The notes beneath the pieces are model-generated. The model worked only from the letters and a program-made list of their open reading frames with translations, had not been told where the DNA came from and made no database searches. Source: Acidimicrobiia bacterium (GTDB lineage: Bacteria; Actinomycetota; Acidimicrobiia; Spongiisociales; ZC4RG35). Taken from it: a DNA stretch of 64,000 nt. The translations under genes were made by a program, and so were the position numbers. Where the stretch lies: positions 1,216,001 to 1,280,000 of the forward strand of contig CBDBCY010000004.1 in the NCBI GenBank assembly GCA_965203555.1, written 5' to 3'. This document shows positions 39,950 through 49,513 of this stretch, piece after piece (position 1 is the stretch's first letter; each line of letters starts with the position of its first letter).

Positions 39950-40130
39950 CGCCAAGCGGTGGACTAAGGCTTCGTAGCTCATCCTTTTTTGGGTGTCACA
40001 GATTAACTCCCCTGCCCTGGGCAGGGCTTTCATCGTATAAGTCCGCCATCTGGCGGACGGCTTCGAATTCATCCCGGGAGGGCGTGAAGATTTCGTTAAT
40101 GACCGGCACTTGCACCGGATGAATGGCACG
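39950..40130 (-). pseudogene. Degenerate fragment of CitE-like lyase 3' end
   Basis: AIHPVQVPVINEIFTPSRDEFEA..QGRG then frameshifted DTQKRMSYEALV, matching the C-terminus of 40411-41247. Confidence 0.75.
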
Positions 40131-40410
40131 AGCGGGAGGAGAAACCGCAGCAGTTGCGTAACCTGGGTGGATGCTCTCGGTCCGCTGATCAGGGTTCATC
40201 ACCAGAGGCATGCTCTACAGCCCCGCCCACGCGTTTACGGTCTTCGACGACTTTCTTCGGCACCACTTCTTACGGTGGAACAGCGAAGCGCCGCCTGATT
40301 GCAACCTCAGTCGACCCGCATCCCCAGATAGCAACGTATCGAGCCAGTTCTCACCGAATGGCCGGGACATCCCGGTACGCCGTCCCTCCGTGGGCGACAA
40401 CCCACGTTGA

Positions 40411-41247
40411 TCACTGGTTCAAGCGATTCATGATGCCGCGGGCTCGGCGGACCACCGCTTCGTCGATCATCCTTCCCTGGGAGTCGGTGATCGCCCCCTT
40501 GCCCTCGGCCAAGGCTTGATCGTATCGAGCGACCAGTCGGCGAGATGCTTCAAGTTCGTCCTTTGAAGGCGTGAAAACTTCGTTGATGACCGGTACCTGT
40601 GCCGGGTGGATGGCTGATCGGGACGCGAACCCGGACTGTCGGAGCAGGAGAGTGGACTCTCTCAGTCCTTCCAGATCCCGGATATCGGTCGAAACCGAAC
40701 CGGTCGGACCTGGCAATCCCGCCGCTGCCGCCGCCCACACCAGCCGGGATCGGGCGGATTGCCAGAGCATCGGGTCTGCGTCGGGGTCCACGCCCAAGTC
40801 GGCGCCCAAGTCCTGCTCCCCGATAGCCACTCCAACCACCGAGGGGTGTTCGGCAATAGGAAGAGACTCCCACAAACCTCGAGCGCTTTCGATGAGGGCA
40901 ATCAAACGAAGCGGACCGGGATTTCCTGCTCTTTCGACCCCCCGTGTCACGCCTCCTAACACCGACATTGTGGCTTTCGGCACCACCAAGGTCGAGACCT
41001 TCGTATCCGCGAGAACAGCTAGGTCGGCTTCCATCTCCTCCGGTTCGGAGTTGATGCGAACGGCAAACCTCGCTCCGGCGCTTCCTATTACCGGGATCAT
41101 GTCAGCAAGGATCCGGCGAGCCTCCGCCTTGGCGCTGGGAGCTACTGCGTCCTCCAGATCAAGGATGAGCATGTCCGCCCCCCGTGTCGGCGCTTTGGCC
41201 AGCATGGAAGGCTGGTCGCCGGGAACGTAGAGGTAGCTTCGGATCAT
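40411..41247 (-). CDS. CitE-like CoA-ester lyase (HpcH/HpaI aldolase/citrate lyase family)
   Basis: RSYLYVPG, ILDLEDAVAP..K..AR, ALIESARG, AIHPAQV. Confidence 0.9.
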   Translation of the reverse strand: MIRSYLYVPGDQPSMLAKAPTRGADMLILDLEDAVAPSAKAEARRILADMIPVIGSAGARFAVRINSEPEEMEADLAVLADTKVSTLVVPKATMSVLGGVTRGVERAGNPGPLRLIALIESARGLWESLPIAEHPSVVGVAIGEQDLGADLGVDPDADPMLWQSARSRLVWAAAAAGLPGPTGSVSTDIRDLEGLRESTLLLRQSGFASRSAIHPAQVPVINEVFTPSKDELEASRRLVARYDQALAEGKGAITDSQGRMIDEAVVRRARGIMNRLNQ

Positions 41248-41276
41248 CGCCGGCGGCTTCGGCGAGTGTTTGGAGA

Positions 41277-42524
41277 TCAACCGCCCGGCATAGGATCGAA
41301 GTCCATGCCCAGTTCGGCCTTCCCGAGATGTTCTTCCATCTCCGGCGCCTTGAAAATGATTGCGGTCTGAGCCAGGAGATCCCGGTACATCCGCTCGTAA
41401 GGATTGACAGCCACGATCCCGTGCGCTCCTGCCAGCCGGAAGGACTCCCGCGCCACATCCTCGGTCATCCGCCGGATGTGGTAGAGCGCCATCAGGCTGA
41501 TCCAGGCCCGCCTTTCCTGCGGGTAATGAGGGTCGGATAGTTTGGCGGCCGTGTCGTAGAGCACCGTGGAAGCCGAGCGGACCCAGAAGCTCATTCGCCC
41601 GTAGGTGGACTGCGCCCATCCCACGTCGGCGCGAGTCAAAGGCACGTTTCCCTTGATGGCCACCGCGATCCCGCCCTTGCGCTTTCGCAGATATCCGGCC
41701 ATATAGTCAAGAATCCGGCGGCAATGTCCCAACTGCATTCCGCCGCCGGACAGATTGAGGAGACCAAACGCCATGTGCTGGACCTCTCCCTCATCGTCGG
41801 TGAAGGTGGCCTGAGGCTGGTCCAAGTCGCGCACCAGGGCATACTTCTCGGGCACGAACGCGTCTTTGATTGTTACCGAATTGGTGGCGGTCGCCCTCAG
41901 GCCCATGGCGTTCCAGTCGTCATGGATCGTCATGCCGGGCGTCCCGACCGGAACGAACATCACCAGGAGTCTGCGCCCCACCAACTCGCCGTGCTCATCC
42001 ACCACCGAGGCGATGGTTCCCACATAGGTGGCGCCCGCCGAATTGGTGGCGAACCCCACTCGGCCGTTACCCAGCCACCCCCCTTCAACCCGGCGGAACC
42101 GGGCGCCCACCTTGGTCACATCCAACTCATCGGGGGGCGCGGAGGCGGCGCCACAGAACATCGACTGGTTCTCGGCGCAGTCCCGAAGCAGTGCGGCCAT
42201 GTTGTCGTCCCCGAAGGCGTAGGGTCCGATCAGGTCGAGCGCCGACCAGTGCATGTTGGTGCAGGCGGCGGACACCGGGTCGCCGTAGGCGATCACCTCC
42301 GCCACCTTGGTGCGGGTGGCGATGTTGTGGCCGGGCCCGCCGAACTGGGGGTGGATGGCCATGGAGGGCACGCCAACCGATTTGAGCGCTTCCATGTTCT
42401 CGAAGGGATAACGCGACTCCCGATCATTTCGGGATGCTCTTCCAAAGAAATCCTCTTCGGAAACTACCTTTTCTACGAGTTTTACGTAATCGTGATCAAT
42501 CATGTCAGAAGGGCCGGGGGTCAT
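41277..42524 (-). CDS. Acyl-CoA dehydrogenase family flavoprotein (monooxygenase-like subgroup)
   Basis: YPFEN..L, NMH, GGWLGNG...F.TN, DDWNAMGLRAT.T, ERMYRD. Confidence 0.82.
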   Translation of the reverse strand: MTPGPSDMIDHDYVKLVEKVVSEEDFFGRASRNDRESRYPFENMEALKSVGVPSMAIHPQFGGPGHNIATRTKVAEVIAYGDPVSAACTNMHWSALDLIGPYAFGDDNMAALLRDCAENQSMFCGAASAPPDELDVTKVGARFRRVEGGWLGNGRVGFATNSAGATYVGTIASVVDEHGELVGRRLLVMFVPVGTPGMTIHDDWNAMGLRATATNSVTIKDAFVPEKYALVRDLDQPQATFTDDEGEVQHMAFGLLNLSGGGMQLGHCRRILDYMAGYLRKRKGGIAVAIKGNVPLTRADVGWAQSTYGRMSFWVRSASTVLYDTAAKLSDPHYPQERRAWISLMALYHIRRMTEDVARESFRLAGAHGIVAVNPYERMYRDLLAQTAIIFKAPEMEEHLGKAELGMDFDPMPGG

Positions 42525-42779
42525 ATTTCACCCGGCTAAGCCTAACCCCATCAATCTCGCCCTCTGCAACACCCGGATGAGGAGTCCGTGTTCTGGGTGT
42601 CTTCCTGTCCCGAGACCGTAACCGTTATGCCTACCGGTTCCTTGGTGGGATCTGTCCTCTGTCAAGATCGGCGTCTCGTTGCCAGGTCGGATTTGAGGTA
42701 TGGGGAAAAACCACAAAGAGGCGCCTTCCTACTCGGAATGACTTTTGCTGCATCCCCGGGTTTGTCACACCCCGGGGAT

Positions 42780-43730
42780 ATGGTTGGCCGCGTGGACCTC
42801 AACACACAGTTGCCATCGCGCCGCCCCCTGTTCCGGACAGGCGAAAGCGGGCCGGCCCGCATCGGTTCGCACGTCACGATCAGCACGGACCTAGACCTTC
42901 CGACGGCTTCCTTGACCTATCCTTTGATCATGTGCGGTCGTGCGACCGACGCCTTGAGTCTTCTGCCGACCGGTAGCGTGCAGACGGTCGTGACCTCTCC
43001 TCCGTACTGGTCGTTGCGGGACTACGACGTTTCCCAGCAAATCGGTTGCGATGACGGACTGGGAGAGTACGTCGAGAGCATCGTCACGGCCTTCGACCAG
43101 ATTCGGCGCGTTCTCACTGATGACGGCACCGTCTGGCTCAACGTCGGAGACAGTTACACCTCGGGCAACCGGAAGTACCGCGCCCCGGATCGCAGGAACC
43201 GGGCAAGAGCGATGTCGGTGCGCCCTCCTACTCCGGTTGGACTGAAGCCGAAGGATCTGATCGGCGTTCCGTGGCGGCTTGCCTTCGCTCTCCAGGATGC
43301 CGGGTGGTGGCTGAGGTCCGAAGTGATCTGGTATAAGCCCAATGCGCATCCCGAGTCGGTACGTGACCGGCCCACGAAGGCTCACGAGACTGTGTTTCTG
43401 TTGTCGAAGAATCAGGACTACTTCTACGACGTCTCGGCCGTGACGGGACCGAACGGCCGTCGGCTGCGGACGATGTGGGACATCAATACCGAGCCCAGGT
43501 CTCGGAAGGCGGGGGGGATTGATGACCACCCTGCGGTCATGCCAATGACCCTGGCTCGTCGGTGCATCCGGATCACCAGTCGCCCCGGTGATGTGGTCCT
43601 CGATCCTTACGCCGGGTCCGGGACGACGCTCGTGGCAGCCAGGGAACTCCACAGGAACTGGGTCGGCATCGAACTGAAGCCCGAGTATGTGGATCTTATA
43701 GAACGCAGGATTGCCACGGCAACCACCTGA
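42780..43730 (+). CDS. Site-specific DNA methyltransferase, beta class (N4-C/N6-A), orphan (start uncertain)
   Basis: VTSPPYWSLRDY, LNVGDSY, KPKDLIGVPWRLAFALQ, HPAVMP, LDPYAGSGTT. Confidence 0.92.
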   Translation: MVGRVDLNTQLPSRRPLFRTGESGPARIGSHVTISTDLDLPTASLTYPLIMCGRATDALSLLPTGSVQTVVTSPPYWSLRDYDVSQQIGCDDGLGEYVESIVTAFDQIRRVLTDDGTVWLNVGDSYTSGNRKYRAPDRRNRARAMSVRPPTPVGLKPKDLIGVPWRLAFALQDAGWWLRSEVIWYKPNAHPESVRDRPTKAHETVFLLSKNQDYFYDVSAVTGPNGRRLRTMWDINTEPRSRKAGGIDDHPAVMPMTLARRCIRITSRPGDVVLDPYAGSGTTLVAARELHRNWVGIELKPEYVDLIERRIATATT

Positions 43731-43894
43731 GGACCATCGACGAACTCAAGGACCGAATCGAGTCTCTTTCGCCGATGGCCGTCCGGCTCGTCGCACGTCT
43801 GACCTGCATGGGAACAGACATACCACACCCATAGGGCGAGCCTCTGCGTAAGCCCCTCGGCGAGACGCGAAGATCCTCCGAGGCAGACTCCCGG

Positions 43895-45190
43895 TCAGTT
43901 GAACTGCATCTCTTCGGTGGAGCCCACCAGCGCCAATGTGGAGGCGTTGCCGCCGCTCACGGCTTGCGCCACCCGGTCGAAATAGCCCGCTCCGACCTCG
44001 GCCTGGTGCTTGGTGGCGGTGTAGCCATGAACCTCTGAGGCAAACTCCCGGTTCTGAAGCCTGCTGTAGGCGGCCATGCCTTCGGCGCCGTACGCCCGGG
44101 CCAGGTCAAAGGTGTGGTAGTTGACCGAGTGCCAACCTGCCAGCGTGATGAACTGGAACCTGTATCCCAACTCGGCGAGTTCATTCTGGAATCGAGCGAT
44201 CTCATCGTTGTTGAGATGCTGTCTCCAGTTGAACGACGGCGAGCAATTGTAGGCCAAGAGCTTCCCGGGGAATTCAGCATGGACGGCCTCCGCAAACCGC
44301 GCCGCATCTTGGATGTCCGGTTCGGGGGTCTCGCACCACAGGATATCGGCGAATGGAGCGTAGGTCAGGGCGCGGGCCGTCGCCGCCTCCATGCCGCCTC
44401 GCACCACATGGTATCCCTCGGCAGTTCGCTCCCCGGTGAGGAACCGATGGTCCCGCTCATCGACATCGCTCATCAGCAAGGTGGCGTCCCGGGCGTCGGT
44501 CCGAGCCATCAGAACGGTCGGCACATCCATCACATCGGACGCCAGGCGCGCCGCGGTCAGGGTACGAATGAACTGCGAGGTGGGCACCAGGACCTTGCCG
44601 CCCATGTGTCCGCACTTTTTCTCGGATGCGAGTTGATCCTCGAAATGAACACCTGCGGCGCCGGCCTCGATCATGGACTTCATCAGTTCGTAGCTGTGGA
44701 TAGGACCACCGAAACCCGCCTCCGCGTCGGCGACGATCGGAGCGAACCAGTGGGCGCCGTACTCGCCGTTGAGGTGAGCGATCTGATCAGCGCGCATCAA
44801 AGCACTGTTGATCCGTCTGATCAGGGTCGGCGCACTGTTGGATGGATAGAGGCTCTGGTCGGGATAAGTCTGTCCCGACAGGTTGGCGTCGGCAGCCACC
44901 TGCCAACCGCTCAGGTAGATAGCTTGCAGTCCGGCTTTGACCATCTGCACCGCTTGGGAGCCGGTCAGGGCGCCAAAGGTGCGGACAAAGGGCTCTGTCT
45001 GGAGCAGATTCCACAGCCGTTCGGCTCCGGCCCGGGCAAGGGTGTGTTCGATCTGCAGGGACCCGCGCAGCGCCAACACGTCCTGCGGGGAGTAAGAGCG
45101 CTGTATTCCTTGCCACCGCTCCTCGAAATCCCAGCGGACTTGGAGGTCGCCTACTACAGCGTCAAACCCATTGTGGCCATTAATCGACAT
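43895..45190 (-). CDS. aceA: Isocitrate lyase
   Basis: [39 protein letters not shown]; AGGAGG RBS. Confidence 0.97.
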   Translation of the reverse strand: MSINGHNGFDAVVGDLQVRWDFEERWQGIQRSYSPQDVLALRGSLQIEHTLARAGAERLWNLLQTEPFVRTFGALTGSQAVQMVKAGLQAIYLSGWQVAADANLSGQTYPDQSLYPSNSAPTLIRRINSALMRADQIAHLNGEYGAHWFAPIVADAEAGFGGPIHSYELMKSMIEAGAAGVHFEDQLASEKKCGHMGGKVLVPTSQFIRTLTAARLASDVMDVPTVLMARTDARDATLLMSDVDERDHRFLTGERTAEGYHVVRGGMEAATARALTYAPFADILWCETPEPDIQDAARFAEAVHAEFPGKLLAYNCSPSFNWRQHLNNDEIARFQNELAELGYRFQFITLAGWHSVNYHTFDLARAYGAEGMAAYSRLQNREFASEVHGYTATKHQAEVGAGYFDRVAQAVSGGNASTLALVGSTEEMQFN

Positions 45191-45324
45191 GATGATCATC
45201 CTCCTTTGGCATTGCGGGTTTGGCTGCTTGAACTGCGCGCCGGTAATCGTCACCTTCGGGGTAAAGCCCAGATGATGCAACGACTCTTCGACACATTAAA
45301 GGAAAGTGTGCTCGATTTCAAGTG

Positions 45325-45371
45325 ATAGGAGAAGACCCTAATTTCATATCAGAGCGATAGGCGAAGCTTAT
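45325..45371. promoter_or_regulatory. LysR-type boxes between divergent aceA and lysR
   Basis: ATAG-N7-TTAT (45357-45371) and a related ATAGG...CCTA site (45325-45340) in an AT-rich intergenic region. Confidence 0.45.
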
Positions 45372-45412
45372 ACTTCCACAGTACGGAACATCTTCCACAG
45401 TGCGGGATTGTT

Positions 45413-46360
45413 ATGGAGCTTTCACAACTTGAATCGTTTATCGAGGCGGCCAAATCGGGGAGTTTTCGCGGGGCAGCCCGCGCCTTGTACCTGAGCCAGC
45501 CATCCGTGAGCGGGCGAATCCGGGCCCTCGAGCGGGAATTGCGGACTCCTCTCTTCCATCGCATGGGCCGGGGGGTGAGACTCACTGAAGCCGGGGAAGC
45601 CTTCCGCCCTTTTGTCGAGCAGGCACTTGAGACCATTGATCTGGGCACGCAAGCCGTTCGCAATACCCAGGAGTCCCAGCGGCGGACCATCACCATCGGG
45701 TCGGCCCGGATCATAGGAACCTACATACTCCCCCCCACCCTCGAGCGTTTCCAGCACCGCTTCCCCGGGGTGGCGGCTCGTATCCGCACCGGACGGTCAT
45801 CAGACGTGATAGATATGGTTGCGAACGGAGTGGTGGACATAGGCCTGTCGAGAGGTCTTGACCACCCGGAAGTGTTCTCGATACATCTCTACGACGAACC
45901 GATCGTCCTGGCAACCTATCCCGATCATCCCTTCGCGGAGCGCGGATACGCCTACATCTGGGAGGTGGCCAGACAGCCCCTTATCCTCTACGATCCCAGT
46001 TCCACTTACTTCCTGCTCATCAATCAAGCCTGCCGAGAAGCGGGAATCGTCCCTCAGATCGAGACGATGCTGGACAACATCGAAGCAACCAAGCGCATGG
46101 TGGCTCTGGGGCTGGGTATCTCCTTTCTGCCTCACAGCGCCATCCTCACTGAAATCGAGCAGGGGACTCTTCGACACATCGAGTTGAAGGGTGATCAGCA
46201 TGTGCATCTGCCCACCCACGTCTTGGTGCGACGAGCCCAGCACTACAGTGCACCCCTGCTCGATTTCCTCAGACTCCTGCGAGACATCTATGGGTGCGAC
46301 ATCTCCGAAATCGCGGGGAGCCCGTTAGCTCCTGGGGCGAGTTCGGGCTCGGTCGGCTAA
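45413..46360 (+). CDS. LysR family transcriptional regulator, divergent from aceA
   Basis: GSFRGAARALYLSQPSVS.RI..LE.EL...LF.R..RGV.LTEAG. Confidence 0.95.
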   Translation: MELSQLESFIEAAKSGSFRGAARALYLSQPSVSGRIRALERELRTPLFHRMGRGVRLTEAGEAFRPFVEQALETIDLGTQAVRNTQESQRRTITIGSARIIGTYILPPTLERFQHRFPGVAARIRTGRSSDVIDMVANGVVDIGLSRGLDHPEVFSIHLYDEPIVLATYPDHPFAERGYAYIWEVARQPLILYDPSSTYFLLINQACREAGIVPQIETMLDNIEATKRMVALGLGISFLPHSAILTEIEQGTLRHIELKGDQHVHLPTHVLVRRAQHYSAPLLDFLRLLRDIYGCDISEIAGSPLAPGASSGSVG

Positions 46361-48044
46361 GGCGTGTTCACATCATGCGGGGGGTCGCGGGTGAGGGCGG
46401 GGGTGATGTGGGCGAGGAACGTAAACCAACTGGGAGCGCCGGTTTCTGTCACCAAGCGCTCGGTGGGTCGGGGGTCTTTCGGCAACCGTTTGGTGGACGC
46501 TGCGGAAAAGTTTTAGTGTTTGTTTTCACAACTTAGTGATGTTTTGTCACACCCCCTGTGCATACTGTACACATGAAACAAGCAGTCAACAGCCGGCGGT
46601 CCGCCAACCTGGCCAAGCTCCTGTCACCCTCTCTGCCGGTCGTAGAGGCGTCGGTTGAAGAACTGAAACAGCGAATCCAGTCCACCATCCGCGTCCAGAA
46701 CCAAGTGGCGGCGGTCCGCGCCCAGGCGGTGTCGGAGTTGCGCCGCCGCCAGGGGGCGGAGAAGGTGGAGACGATTTTGCGGGAGGACGGTCTGTTGGGC
46801 CGTCGGAAGGCCCGGTCGGAGGTGGAGACCGCCCGGGGGTTGGAGGAGCTGCCCAAAACCCGGGAAGGGTTACGCAAGGGAGAGATCTCTGCTGACAACG
46901 CGCGTATCCTGGCGGGCGCCAACCAGAGGGGAACCATCGTCGAGGACGAGTTGTTGGACGGGGCCCGTTCCCAGTCTCCTGACAAGTTCGCCCGCATGGT
47001 ACGCAAACACGAACAGGCCCGTGCCCAAGATGATGGTGTGTCGAAGTTGGAGCATCAGCGCTCCCGCCGGTTCGCCAAGCTCACCACCGACCAAGACGAC
47101 GGAATGACCGTCCTTTATGGGCGTTTCGACCCGGTCACCGGCGCCCGGGTCGAAACGGCGGTGTCTCACATGATGAAACAACTATGGCACCAAGAAGACC
47201 CCACCGATCGGGCTACTGCGGGTCAGCGGATGGCCGACGCCATAGCCGAACTGGTCACCCGCCAAGGCAAAGACAAGAACGGTGGTTCCCAGGGCGTGAG
47301 GTTGTTGTTGATCGCCGACTACGACACGGTCAGCCAACAGTTGGGCAACCCTCGCCTCGAGAACGGAACCCCCCTCCCCGCCCAGACCCTGCGCCAGTTG
47401 GCCTGCGACGCTCAGATCCTGCCCGCCATGTTCTCGGGTTCGTCGGTGCCGCTGGATTTGGGACGGGCGCGGCGGACGGCCAGCGGTTCCCAGCGGGCCG
47501 CGCTGGTCGCCCGGGACAAACACTGTGTGGGTTGCGGCGCCAAAGCCTCCTGGTGCCAGGCCCACCACATCGTCCACTGGCAAGACGGGGGTCCCACCAA
47601 CCTGGACAACATGTGTCTTCTGTGCAGCAAATGCCACCACAAAGTCCACGACAATGACTGGCAGGTTGAACGCACTACAACCGGCGCCTACCGGCTCCGC
47701 CCACCACCCACCCAATGGGGACGCCCACCCCGACCTAAGTACCGGAACCGCCGACGCCAACCCACGCGCCGACGCCCGATCAAACAGAGAAAATGACCGA
47801 ACCCGCGTCCTGTCTCTATGGTTCCTGCCGGCCCGTTTTGCCACTCTTGATCCACGCCCATCCCCAATGGGGGTTTCTGGAAGCACTTTGAACACCAGAT
47901 ACAACACCCCGCTAATTGTTTACCGGCTCAAACGCGCATAAACAGCGCGCCACCTCCCAAACCGGGACGGCAACCCCCGCCACCTGCCGCCATCCTCCCG
48001 CCACCACGCCAAACCACCACCCCACCCAAGCGTGAACACGTCTT
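46359..48044 (+). mobile_element. Putative DUF222-HNH element bounded by 13 bp imperfect inverted repeats
   Basis: AAGGCGTGTTCAC (46359-46371) vs GTGAACACGTCTT (48032-48044), 12/13 match; G-rich left and C-rich right subterminal tracts. Confidence 0.45.
46573..47796 (+). CDS. DUF222 domain HNH endonuclease (REP13E12-like)
   Basis: QRMADA, RQLACDA, PLDLGR.RR.A...QR.AL..RD..C.GC, AHHIVHWQDGGPTNLDN..LLC..CH..VH. Confidence 0.9.
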   Translation: MKQAVNSRRSANLAKLLSPSLPVVEASVEELKQRIQSTIRVQNQVAAVRAQAVSELRRRQGAEKVETILREDGLLGRRKARSEVETARGLEELPKTREGLRKGEISADNARILAGANQRGTIVEDELLDGARSQSPDKFARMVRKHEQARAQDDGVSKLEHQRSRRFAKLTTDQDDGMTVLYGRFDPVTGARVETAVSHMMKQLWHQEDPTDRATAGQRMADAIAELVTRQGKDKNGGSQGVRLLLIADYDTVSQQLGNPRLENGTPLPAQTLRQLACDAQILPAMFSGSSVPLDLGRARRTASGSQRAALVARDKHCVGCGAKASWCQAHHIVHWQDGGPTNLDNMCLLCSKCHHKVHDNDWQVERTTTGAYRLRPPPTQWGRPPRPKYRNRRRQPTRRRPIKQRK

Positions 48045-48060
48045 GGTACGCTCTGCCCTG

Positions 48061-48792
48061 ATGTCGAGTTCTCGTGCCGTCGTTACCGGCGCCTCCGGCG
48101 CCATCGGCTCGGCTTGCGTGCGCCTGCTCCACGAACGAGGGTGGGAGATCACCGGCATTGATGTAGCTGAGCCTCCGTCCGATCTCGAATACGTCTCGTG
48201 GCACATGGTCGATGTCCGCGATCGGCAAGCTTTGGGCAAGGTGGCAGAACGATACGGGCCGGTCCAGCTGCTAATCAACGGCGCCGGTTTCGGAGACCGG
48301 GCGCCCGCCGCCGAGATGACCGCACATCAGTGGCAAAGCGTGCTGGATGTCTGCCTGACGGGCACTTTCATGACCTCCCAAGCCTTCTATCCCAACCTGT
48401 GCGAAGCCCAAGGAGCGGTGGTGATGAACATCGCCTCACTGGCCGCGCAACGATCCTGCGCCCTTCACGCCAACTACTGCGCCGCCAAAGCAGGGGTCGA
48501 GTCGCTCACTCAAGTGCTGGCGCTGGAGTGGGCCGCCGACAAGATACGAGTGATAGCGGTGAGCCCGGGTGTGGTGAACACCCCCATCGTCCGCAAGAAC
48601 ATGGCCCCCGGCTCAGAACGAGAAAAAGCCATCATCGGCATGACCCCCCTGGGTCGCCTGTTCGGACCAGACGAACTGGCCCGACTGATCCTGGCATACT
48701 CCTCCGAAGACTTCTACCACGTAACAGGCGCCACCCTGGTAGCCGACGGAGGCTTCGCTACTGCTGGCGGGCTGCCTCAGTTTTATGACTGA
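48061..48792 (+). CDS. Short-chain dehydrogenase/reductase
   Basis: TGASGAIG, NGAG, YCAAK, IRVIAVSPG, DGG. Confidence 0.9.
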   Translation: MSSSRAVVTGASGAIGSACVRLLHERGWEITGIDVAEPPSDLEYVSWHMVDVRDRQALGKVAERYGPVQLLINGAGFGDRAPAAEMTAHQWQSVLDVCLTGTFMTSQAFYPNLCEAQGAVVMNIASLAAQRSCALHANYCAAKAGVESLTQVLALEWAADKIRVIAVSPGVVNTPIVRKNMAPGSEREKAIIGMTPLGRLFGPDELARLILAYSSEDFYHVTGATLVADGGFATAGGLPQFYD

Positions 48793-48835
48793 GGGGCTCA
48801 CCGGAGGCTGCCCTGCCTGTGAACACAGGGCTGGC

Positions 48836-49513
48836 TCAGGGCGAGCAACGCCTTTCAGAAGCGTAACCGGATAGCCTTTCCCAACTTCCGCTGTCCTTCA
48901 TTGTGAAATTGGGGGGCGCCGTGCGGCGGGCAATGGCTACGGCGTTGCAACTCAAACATTTCGCCACGTACCTCATCTCCTGTGGGTCGATGCCCGCCTT
49001 CTGCTCGAAGGGAGTCAGCCGATGTCCCAGTTGCCGCGACTGTTCAGTCAAATAGTCCGGGACCGGGCTGGGGACTCGGGCGGGGGCGGTGTCGGGTGTG
49101 CGCCCGGGAACGCGGATGCGGCGCACCTTTCCCGTCGAGGTTCCCGCCGTTGGACGCCGCTCAGAAGGCTTGGTCCGGGATCTGGCAGGCGATTCCGTGA
49201 GCGCTTCCGACGGCGCCGGCGCCACCGATGAATGCCCGCTCGACTCTACAGGCGCCGCAGTCGGTTGCTCATCCGGCTCTGTGGTGGCCAAGGGCAGAGA
49301 CGGAGGAGCAGGGGCAGGCGCTTCGGTCCTTTTCTGTCCTACTCCGCGACGCAGCCGGGAAAAGACCCTCTTGACCCGCCGACGGTCGGGCCTTTCGGTG
49401 TCTTTTCGGAGGCGTTCCCCTCTTCTTGCCTTCTTCCCGAATGGGAGAATGCCCTGCTCCAATTCCTCGGGGGTGGGGACATCAAAGTCGGGAGTGGCGT
49501 CTCGTCGACTCAT
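48836..49513 (-). CDS. Hypothetical protein: basic/Pro-rich disordered region plus C-terminal putative Zn-binding domain
   Basis: ATGA overlap with Hsp70 gene stop; GH...CLSC...C candidate ligands. Confidence 0.7.
   Translation of the reverse strand: MSRRDATPDFDVPTPEELEQGILPFGKKARRGERLRKDTERPDRRRVKRVFSRLRRGVGQKRTEAPAPAPPSLPLATTEPDEQPTAAPVESSGHSSVAPAPSEALTESPARSRTKPSERRPTAGTSTGKVRRIRVPGRTPDTAPARVPSPVPDYLTEQSRQLGHRLTPFEQKAGIDPQEMRYVAKCLSCNAVAIARRTAPPNFTMKDSGSWERLSGYASERRCSP

Noticed and set aside
46573-47796. HNH gene as IscB/Cas9-like nuclease or as partner of the methyltransferases
   Set aside because: No RuvC or PLMP motifs; architecture is DUF222-HNH; separated from the methyltransferases by aceA and lysR
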